A DNA stretch of 48,632 nt from Acidobacteriota bacterium. Lineage in GTDB: Bacteria; Acidobacteriota; Vicinamibacteria; Vicinamibacterales; 2-12-FULL-66-21. This document shows positions 8,748 to 14,928 of this stretch, piece after piece (the stretch's first letter is position 1; each line of letters starts with the position of its first letter). The stretch lies in the NCBI GenBank assembly GCA_046735635.1, contig JBKPTT010000157.1:1-48632 (forward strand), written 5' to 3'. Below the pieces are notes generated by a model that saw only the letters and a program-made list of their open reading frames with translations, made no database searches and was not told where the DNA came from. Both the position numbers and the translations under genes were made by a program.

Positions 8748-9632
8748 TTACGCGGTCGTTTCGGAGTGGAGCGTCCGGGCCGGCTCCTGGCGTCCTGCTC
8801 CGGTGAACCGCAGGATTCGGACCACCGTGTCCTTCAACTCGCGCCGGTCGATGACGAGATCGAGCATCCCGTGCTCGAGGAGGAACTCGCTGCGCTGGAA
8901 ACCTTCGGGCAGTTTCTGGCGGATTGTCTGTTCGATGACCCGCGGGCCCGCGAAGCCGATGAGCGCTTTGGGCTCGGCGATGTTGACGTCGCCGAGCATC
9001 GCAAAGCTCGCGGTGACGCCGCCGGTCGTCGGGTCGGTCAGGATGGAAATATAGGGAAGCCGCGCGCGGTCGAGGCGCGCCAGCGCGCCGCTGATTTTTG
9101 CCATCTGCATGAGCGACAGCGCCCCCTCCATCATGCGCGCTCCGCCGGAGCACGACACGATGATGACGGGATACCGGCGCGCGATCGCCCGCTCGATCGC
9201 CCGCGTGATCTTTTCCCCGACTACGACCCCCATGCTGCCGCCGATGAACCCGTACTCCATCGCCGCGACCGCACACGTGAGGCCGCCGATCGCTCCGGTC
9301 GCCGTGATGACCGCGTCTTTCAACCCCGTGAGCTCGACGCCGGCGTCCAGTCGCGAGCGGTAGGGCTTGGTGTCGGTGAAGCGCAGCGGATCGGTGGACG
9401 CGAGCCCCGAGTCGTGCTCGTCCCACTCTCCATCGAACAGCGACTGCAGCCGCTCGCCGGCGCTGAGGCGGAAATGATGGCTGCACTTGGTGCAGACGCT
9501 CAGGCTCGCCGCGAGATCCTTGTTGTAGATGATTTGCCCGCACGACGGACACTTCACCCAGAGGCCTTCCGGCACCCGGCTCTTATCAGCCGGCGCTTCG
9601 ATCGGCTTCCGGACCTTCTTGAACCACGCCAT
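8748..9632 (-). CDS. accD: acetyl-CoA carboxylase carboxyltransferase beta subunit
   Basis: 294 aa. Has the N-terminal Zn ribbon CPSCGQIIYNKDLAASLSVCTKCSHH and the carboxyltransferase core GGSMGVVVGEK...GGARMMEG. Confidence 0.95.
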   Translation of the reverse strand: MAWFKKVRKPIEAPADKSRVPEGLWVKCPSCGQIIYNKDLAASLSVCTKCSHHFRLSAGERLQSLFDGEWDEHDSGLASTDPLRFTDTKPYRSRLDAGVELTGLKDAVITATGAIGGLTCAVAAMEYGFIGGSMGVVVGEKITRAIERAIARRYPVIIVSCSGGARMMEGALSLMQMAKISGALARLDRARLPYISILTDPTTGGVTASFAMLGDVNIAEPKALIGFAGPRVIEQTIRQKLPEGFQRSEFLLEHGMLDLVIDRRELKDTVVRILRFTGAGRQEPARTLHSETTA

Positions 9633-9649
9633 TGCCGAGCACTATATCA

Positions 9650-10146
9650 ATTCAATGCCGAGTGCCGGTTGCCGAATGCCGAATTCTCGATTGGCGAGTG
9701 CCGAATGGGATTGGCGAATGTCGAGTGCGAATGTCGAGTGGGAATGTCGAATGCGAATGTCGAATGCCGAAGCGAATGTCGAATGCCGAATGCGAATGTC
9801 GAATGCGGGTTGAGAATCTCCAATGTGCGGTTCGATGCCGCATTGCTGATTGAGGTGTCAGGGACGTATGTCGATGCTCCGCGGCCGGAGGCCATTCGGC
9901 AATCGATTCGCCCTTCGGCCCTGACATTCGCCACTCGGCGCTCGCCATTCGGCATTCATTCGCCATTCGGCATTCATTCGCCATTCGGCATTCACTCGCG
10001 ATTCGGCACTGCAATCGGCATTCGGCACTGCAATCGGCATTCGAAACTCCAATCGGCATTCGAAACTCCAATCGGCACTGCCCAATTCTCATTCGCCACC
10101 CGCCATTCGAAAACTCGGCACTCGCCATTCGCCACTCGGCATTCGA
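9650..10146. repeat. ~500-bp intergenic minisatellite-like array with inverted word symmetry (CGANTG words on the left, CANTCG words on the right)
   Basis: Left arm: (C/G)GAATGTCGA recurs at 9715, 9728, 9741, 9754, 9773 and 9793 (13/13/13/19/20-nt spacing). Right arm: three tandem 18-mers CGCCATTCGGCATTCA(T/C)T at 9943-9996, then four tandem 19-mers at 9997-10072, of which the last two (CGGCATTCGAAACTCCAAT) are identical. A central 8-bp stem pairs TGTCAGGG (9856-9863) with CCCTGACA (9919-9926). Confidence 0.85.
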
Positions 10147-10794
10147 TCAGGTGCGCGGCACGTAATACCGCGTCCCCCTTCCCATCGTCCTGAGTTGTTT
10201 CTCGAGATCCGCGAGCGCGTCTTCGCCCCACGAGAGGTCGAACTGCGACGTTTCGACGACGAGCAGCGGGGTCGCCTCGTAGTGGAAGAAGAAATGGTTG
10301 TAGGCCTCGTTCAACTCCCGCACGTAGTCTTCGCCGAGCGCCGGCAGCTCGGGGTTCGCGCGGCCGCGGTCGCGGAGGCGGCGTTTCAGCACGTCGGTCG
10401 GCGTCTGTAGATAGATGACGAGATCGGGCGGCGGCATGTCGGCCGCGAGCAGCTCGTACAGGCGTTGATAGATGAAGAGCTCGTTATCGTCGAGATTCAG
10501 GTAGGCGTAGATCTTGTCGCGATCGAACAGGTAATCGCAGACCGTCAGCTGGGTGAAGAGGTCGCTTTGACGCAGTGAGGAGAGCTGGCGGTGACGCGAC
10601 AACGTGTAAAAGAGCTGCGCCTGAAATCCCGCTCCGGGCCGTCCGCCGTAGAAGTCTGCGAGAAAGGGGTTGTCGGTCTCGTCGAGGACGACCGTCGCGT
10701 CGAGTCTCGCGCCGAGACGGTCGGCGAGCACCGATTTGCCGACGCCGGTCGGCCCTTCGATCGCGATGTACCGGAAATCCAGCGCTGGATTCAA
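10147..10794 (-). CDS. deoxynucleoside kinase (dAK/dGK family)
   Basis: 215 aa. Has the P-loop IAIEGPTGVGKSVLA, and the overall layout (FQAQLFYTLSRH..., CDYLFDRDKIYA, LRDRGR) matches the dNK family. Confidence 0.8.
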   Translation of the reverse strand: MNPALDFRYIAIEGPTGVGKSVLADRLGARLDATVVLDETDNPFLADFYGGRPGAGFQAQLFYTLSRHRQLSSLRQSDLFTQLTVCDYLFDRDKIYAYLNLDDNELFIYQRLYELLAADMPPPDLVIYLQTPTDVLKRRLRDRGRANPELPALGEDYVRELNEAYNHFFFHYEATPLLVVETSQFDLSWGEDALADLEKQLRTMGRGTRYYVPRT

Positions 10795-10849
10795 AGGACG
10801 CGAAAGTATAAACGAAACGCCCGGAACGATTGCGATAGCATGGACCGCG

Positions 10850-11977
10850 ATGCGAATCGAGCGGATCGAGTTGCGCCTGCTGCGGCTGCCGCTCGTTCGC
10901 TTTTTCGAGACGAGCTTCGGGCGGATTCACGATCGGACCTTCGTGATCGTCAACGTCGAAGAGAACGGCGCGGTGGGGGTCGGCGAGTGCGTGGCCGACG
11001 CGAGCCCCTTCTACAGCGCGGAAACGACGCGGACCGCCTGGCACATCACCGCCGACTTTCTCGCGCCGCTCGTGCTCGGGCGCGAGTTCAGCCACCCCCG
11101 GGAGATCTTCGACGCGCTCGGTCTGGTCCGCGGCCACCGCATGGCGAAAGCCGCGGTAGAAATGGCGGCGTGGGATCTCTTTGCGAAGGAGCTCCAGCGG
11201 CCGCTTGCCGACGTGCTTGGCGGAACGCCCGAGCGGATCGGCAGCGGCATTCTCGCCGGCGTGTCCATAGGAATCCAGGATTCAATCCCTCAGCTGGTCG
11301 AGCGAGTCGCGGCGGAGCGGGATGCGGGCTACCGGCGCTTCAAGATCAAAATCAAGCCGGGGTGGGACGTGGATGCCGTCCGCGCCGTCCGCGGCGAATT
11401 TGGCCCGATTCCGCTGATGGTGGACGCGAACGCCGCCTACCGGATGAGCGACGCGACTCATCTGGCGGAGCTCGATCCGTACGATCTGATGATGATCGAG
11501 CAACCGCTCGACTACGACGACATCCGCAATCATGCGGCGCTGCAGAAGGCGATCCGCACGCCGATCTGCCTGGACGAATCGCTGGAGACGCCGGCGCAGG
11601 CCGAGGAAGCCCTGGATGCCGGGGCGTGCCGCATCATCAACATCAAGCCTGGGCGCGTCGGAGGGCATGCAGAGTCCATCCGCATGCATGACGCCGCGAT
11701 GGCGCGCGGCGCGCCGGTCTGGCATGGCGGGATGCTGGAAAGCGGCATCGGCCGCGCGCACAATATTCACCTGTCGACACTGCCCGGTTTCACGCTGCCG
11801 GGGGACGTCGCGGCAAGCCGGCGCTACTTCGCGCCGGACCTCATCGATCCCGAGATCGAGGTCCGCGCCAACGGGACGATCGACGTGCCCACCGGGCCGG
11901 GCATCGGCGTTCACATTGTCGAGGATCGCGTAAACCAGGCGTGTGTTGAACGTCTCGAGTTGAGGGCGACCGCATAA
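10850..11977 (+). CDS. menC: o-succinylbenzoate synthase / N-succinylamino-acid racemase family enolase
   Basis: Starts MRIERIELRLLRLPLVRFFETSFG. Has the KIKIKPGWD (KxK) block and metal-ligand blocks MVDANAAY, MIEQPL and CLDES. Start trimmed to the ATG at 10850, because the upstream part of the track ORF overlaps the divergent kinase gene. Confidence 0.8.
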   Translation: MRIERIELRLLRLPLVRFFETSFGRIHDRTFVIVNVEENGAVGVGECVADASPFYSAETTRTAWHITADFLAPLVLGREFSHPREIFDALGLVRGHRMAKAAVEMAAWDLFAKELQRPLADVLGGTPERIGSGILAGVSIGIQDSIPQLVERVAAERDAGYRRFKIKIKPGWDVDAVRAVRGEFGPIPLMVDANAAYRMSDATHLAELDPYDLMMIEQPLDYDDIRNHAALQKAIRTPICLDESLETPAQAEEALDAGACRIINIKPGRVGGHAESIRMHDAAMARGAPVWHGGMLESGIGRAHNIHLSTLPGFTLPGDVAASRRYFAPDLIDPEIEVRANGTIDVPTGPGIGVHIVEDRVNQACVERLELRATA

Positions 11978-11982
11978 CCTCC

Positions 11983-14157
11983 ATGAACCGGACGACCGTT
12001 TTTCCCCGAACCCTGTTGGCGATGACCCTGCTGACCTCCGGCTGCGCAAGCGCCCCACCAGCTCCGGCAGCGCCGCCGGGGATTCCTTTCGACAAGAAGA
12101 TGGCATGGATGCTCGAGCTCGAAGATCGACGAGTGTTGCGACTCGAACCTCCCGCTCCGCCTCCTGCCGTGGCTGCACCCGTCAAAGGACGGCGAGCGGC
12201 TCCGCCCCCGGCGCCCCCGCCGCCCTCCCCGGACCTGACCACGCTATTGTCGGACTCCGAGGCCCGGGTACGGCGCCGAGCCGCGCTCGCAATCGGCCGC
12301 GTCGGTTTGCCTGCGGGCATTCAGCCGTTGATTGGCACGCTGTCGGACGCCGACCCGGAGGTTCGCGAGATGGCAGCCTTCGCGCTCGGGTTGATCGGCG
12401 ACGTGGTGGCCGCGCCGGCGCTGACGAAAGCGCTCGAGGACGTGTCCCCGATCGTCCGCGGGCGTGCCGCCGAGGCGCTCGGTCAGATCGACGCCAAAGA
12501 GAAGGATCAGGTCCAGGCGGAGGCGCGCCGGGTGGTCGGCGACGCCGTCGGAAAAATGGTCGCGGAGTACGCGAAGACTCCCGCCGTCACGGCGATGCAG
12601 GGTGACGATGAGAAGTACCCTGCGGCACCCGAAGCGGAAGCGTTCCGGCTTGGCGTGTACGCGCTCGTCCGTCTCGGCACCTACGAGCCGCTTGCCGCCT
12701 CCGTGCTTGGCGCCGACGGCCAGCCGGTGGCGTCGTGGTGGCCGGTGGCGTACGCATTCGGGCGAATCAGCGACCCGCGGGCCGAGCCGGTGCTGCTGCG
12801 GCTGTTGAAGGCGCCCGGCAAGTATTCCCCTGCGTTTGCCGCGCGTGGCCTCGGGGCCATCAAGGATACGAGCGCCATCGACGCGCTCGTGTCGATGATG
12901 ACCGCGCCGAATACGCCCCAGGAAGTCATCGTGTCGGCGGTGCGCGCGCTCGCTGCGATCGGTGATCCGAAGGCGGCGGCGCCGATTGCGAAGGTTGTGG
13001 CCGCCAGCCCGGACCCGAATCTCCGCATAGAAGGCGTCCGGGCGCTCGGAACGCTGCACGCGTCAGACGGGCTGCTGGTTGTCGAGGACCTCCTGACCGA
13101 TCCGTGGCCCGCCCTGCGCGCTGAGGCCTTGCGGTCTGTCGCAGCGATCGATCAACAGAATCTGCTGCTCGTGCTGTCCGGCATGGACCCCGACCCGCAG
13201 TGGACCGTGCGTGCCGCCCTCGCGGACGTCCTGTCGACCCTGCCCGCGGACGTGGCCCTCGATCGCGTGCGCGCCATGCTCAAGGATGAGGATCGGCGGG
13301 TGGTGCCCTCCGTCCTGCGGGCGCTCGATCGGTTGAAGGCTCCGGATGCGGCGGAGGTCGCGCTCGCGCAGCTGAAAGAACCCGATTTCGTGGTCCGCAG
13401 CGCAGCGGCGGACGTCATCGGCCAGCTGAAACCGGGCGAAGGGCTGGACGCGCTCAGCGCCGCACTTGCGCTGGCCGAGGGGGACGAGGCCATCGACGCA
13501 CGGGTGTCGATCCTTTCAGCGATGGCTGCGTACGGCGGACCACGGGCAATCGACGCCGTCAAAGGAGCGTTGAAGGACAAGGATTGGGCGGTGCGCGTCC
13601 ACGCGCTGGATCTTCTCGCGAAGCTCGACCCGGAGAACGCTTCCCGCGACGCCATCAGGCCGGCGCCCGGGGCCCCGATCACCCCGTATACCGATGCGCA
13701 GCTGATCGCGCCTGCTTACTCGCCTCACGTGTTCATCGAGACGGCGAAAGGCACCATCGAGTTCGAGCTGGCGGTCATGGACGCGCCGCAGACCTCGCGC
13801 AGCTTCATGGCGCTCGTACGCCGAGGGTTTTTCAACGGCCTGCCGATTCATCGCGTCGTTCCGAATTTCGTGATCCAGGACGGCGATCCGCGCGGCGACG
13901 GCGAGGGCGGGCCCGGCTATACGATTCGCGACGAGCTGAACGAACGCCCCTTCCTGCGCGGCACGGTCGGCATGGCGCTCTCGGGGCGCGACACGGGGGG
14001 CAGCCAGTTTTTCATCACGCATTCACCCCAGCCGCACCTCGACGCGCGCTACACGGTATTCGGCCGCGTGGTGAACGGCATGGACGTCGTCGATCGGATT
14101 CAGCAGGGGGACACGATTACGCGCGTGCGCGTGTGGGACGGGACCACGATGCAATAA
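11983..14157 (+). CDS. lipoprotein with N-terminal HEAT-repeat array fused to a C-terminal cyclophilin-type peptidyl-prolyl isomerase
   Basis: Lipobox LLTSGC at the N-terminus. Repeated HEAT-like units (DADPEVREMAAFALGLIGD, DVSPIVRGRAAEALGQID, and others). The C-terminal ~170 aa is cyclophilin (FFNGLPIHRVVPNFVIQDGDPRGDGEGGPGYTIRDE...GGSQFFIT...LDARYTVFGRV). Confidence 0.85.
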   Translation: MNRTTVFPRTLLAMTLLTSGCASAPPAPAAPPGIPFDKKMAWMLELEDRRVLRLEPPAPPPAVAAPVKGRRAAPPPAPPPPSPDLTTLLSDSEARVRRRAALAIGRVGLPAGIQPLIGTLSDADPEVREMAAFALGLIGDVVAAPALTKALEDVSPIVRGRAAEALGQIDAKEKDQVQAEARRVVGDAVGKMVAEYAKTPAVTAMQGDDEKYPAAPEAEAFRLGVYALVRLGTYEPLAASVLGADGQPVASWWPVAYAFGRISDPRAEPVLLRLLKAPGKYSPAFAARGLGAIKDTSAIDALVSMMTAPNTPQEVIVSAVRALAAIGDPKAAAPIAKVVAASPDPNLRIEGVRALGTLHASDGLLVVEDLLTDPWPALRAEALRSVAAIDQQNLLLVLSGMDPDPQWTVRAALADVLSTLPADVALDRVRAMLKDEDRRVVPSVLRALDRLKAPDAAEVALAQLKEPDFVVRSAAADVIGQLKPGEGLDALSAALALAEGDEAIDARVSILSAMAAYGGPRAIDAVKGALKDKDWAVRVHALDLLAKLDPENASRDAIRPAPGAPITPYTDAQLIAPAYSPHVFIETAKGTIEFELAVMDAPQTSRSFMALVRRGFFNGLPIHRVVPNFVIQDGDPRGDGEGGPGYTIRDELNERPFLRGTVGMALSGRDTGGSQFFITHSPQPHLDARYTVFGRVVNGMDVVDRIQQGDTITRVRVWDGTTMQ

Positions 14158-14184
14158 AAAAAGGGGGCGCCGTTCGCCCCCTTT
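14158..14184. terminator. bidirectional intrinsic terminator (HEAT-PPIase gene / micro-ORF copy 1)
   Basis: AAAAAAA GGGGGCG ccgtt CGCCCCC TTT. The 7-bp GC stem is 14163-14169 paired with 14175-14181. The A-run on the plus strand gives a 7-T run on the minus strand, and there is a shorter T-run on the plus strand. Confidence 0.75.
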
Positions 14185-14201
14185 CAGGCGGGAGAGGCAG
14201 C

Positions 14202-14255
14202 TTACCGCTTCTTGCCGCCCTTCTTCTTCCCGCCCTTGGCTGCTTTCTTTGCCAT
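14202..14255 (-). CDS. 17-aa lysine/glycine-rich micro-protein MAKKAAKGGKKKGGKKR (copy 1)
   Basis: Hand-translated: atg gca aag aaa gca gcc aag ggc ggg aag aag aag ggc ggc aag aag cgg taa. SD GGGAGGG lies 11 nt upstream. The terminator hairpin lies ~20 nt downstream. The peptide is identical to the copy at 14462-14515 despite 8 synonymous differences. Confidence 0.7.
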   Translation of the reverse strand: MAKKAAKGGKKKGGKKR

Positions 14256-14410
14256 TGTGCGCTTATCCCTCCCTTCGCTGTGGGATGCCGGTCGCGAGGA
14301 GCTTTCTCCGCGTTGCAGCGCCGCTGCCTGCCGGCACGTCGGCCTGCTTCCGTCGGCGCCCGTCGCCTCTTTGCTGACTCCCGCGCGGGTGGCGAGGGAG
14401 GTTGGCAGCT

Positions 14411-14443
14411 AAAAAATTGGGGGTGTCATCAGTCGACACCCCC
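14411..14443 (-). terminator. intrinsic terminator of micro-ORF copy 2
   Basis: Minus strand reads GGGGGTGTC gactgat GACACCCCC followed by AATTTTTT. The stem is 14419-14427 paired with 14435-14443, and the T-run corresponds to plus-strand A-run 14411-14416. Confidence 0.75.
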
Positions 14444-14461
14444 AGTACTCAGGCGGCGCGC

Positions 14462-14515
14462 TTAGCGCTTCTTGCCGCCCTTTTTCTTTCCACCCTTTGC
14501 AGCCTTCTTCGCCAT
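14462..14515 (-). CDS. 17-aa lysine/glycine-rich micro-protein MAKKAAKGGKKKGGKKR (copy 2)
   Basis: Hand-translated: atg gcg aag aag gct gca aag ggt gga aag aaa aag ggc ggc aag aag cgc taa. Strong SD AAGGAGG lies 5 nt upstream. It has its own terminator and a near-consensus promoter ~90 nt upstream. Confidence 0.75.
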   Translation of the reverse strand: MAKKAAKGGKKKGGKKR

Positions 14516-14609
14516 GAGTTCCTCCTTGGAACTGGCAGCTCAGCTATTTTGACGACCGACGTCGCTTACAACAGGTGGGCTGAGCGGACCACCCTCATAC
14601 AAGATGTAG

Positions 14610-14637
14610 ATTATGGATGAGAAAATTCAACTGTCAA
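14610..14637 (-). promoter_or_regulatory. sigma70-type promoter for micro-ORF copy 2 (TTGACA-16 nt-CATAAT)
   Basis: Minus strand reads TTGACA (14637-14632), a 16-nt spacer, then CATAAT (14615-14610). It sits inside the only strongly AT-rich island of this neighbourhood (about 14600-14690). A second TTGACA and a direct repeat TTTGTGC(N1)TTTGTGC lie just upstream. Confidence 0.55.
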
Positions 14638-14715
14638 GCACAAAGTGCACAAAATGTCAAAAATTCGCACACCTAATCTGTCGGTTGTTCGTCGTCATCA
14701 CGACAGACGTCAATT

Positions 14716-14920
14716 CAGATCGCCGAATGCTGCCGCGCGCCGAATTTTGCGATCGTCGAATGTCGAATCTGATCGTGCAATTGAACATCGTGATTGCGGA
14801 CTGCTCAGTGCGAGTGCGGCATGCCGAGTGCGGTGCGAGCGCTGCTGAGGATCGATTGAGTTTGGCGATTGGCGACGGGGATTGCCGAGCAGGATCGCCG
14901 ATTGGTGATGTGGGATTCAG
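14716..14920. repeat. one-armed low-complexity word array (CGAATG/CGATTG/CGAGTG words, plus-strand orientation)
   Basis: Example stretches: cgccgaatgc, gccgaatttt, cgtcgaatgtcgaatc, gtgattgcgg, agtgcgagtgcggcatgccgagtgcggtgcgag, gatcgattgagtttggcgattggcgac, ggattgccgag, cgccgattggtgatgtgggattc. The vocabulary matches the left arm of the 9650-10146 array. It lies between the TPR gene stop and the micro-ORF promoter. Confidence 0.7.
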
Positions 14921-14928
14921 CGTCTCGT

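Noticed and set aside
7510-9552. 680-aa minus-strand ORF suggesting a large fusion protein.
   Set aside because: It is the folC frame staying open across accD in a different frame. The upstream 270 codons are Arg/His/Gly-rich nonsense, and accD occupies that DNA with unmistakable motifs.
9650-10146. Possibility that the repeat array is a CRISPR locus.
   Set aside because: The array lacks the required structure of a constant 25-40-nt repeat alternating with unique spacers of similar length. Its units are 13-19 nt, directly abutting and degenerate. No cas genes are nearby.
9529-10231. A cluster of 70-160-aa ORFs on both strands translating to ECRM/NAEW/HSPFGI repeats.
   Set aside because: These are read-throughs of the intergenic word-repeat array. 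Their periodic amino-acid repeats simply mirror the DNA repeats, and there are no SDs. Several mutually overlapping frames are equally open.
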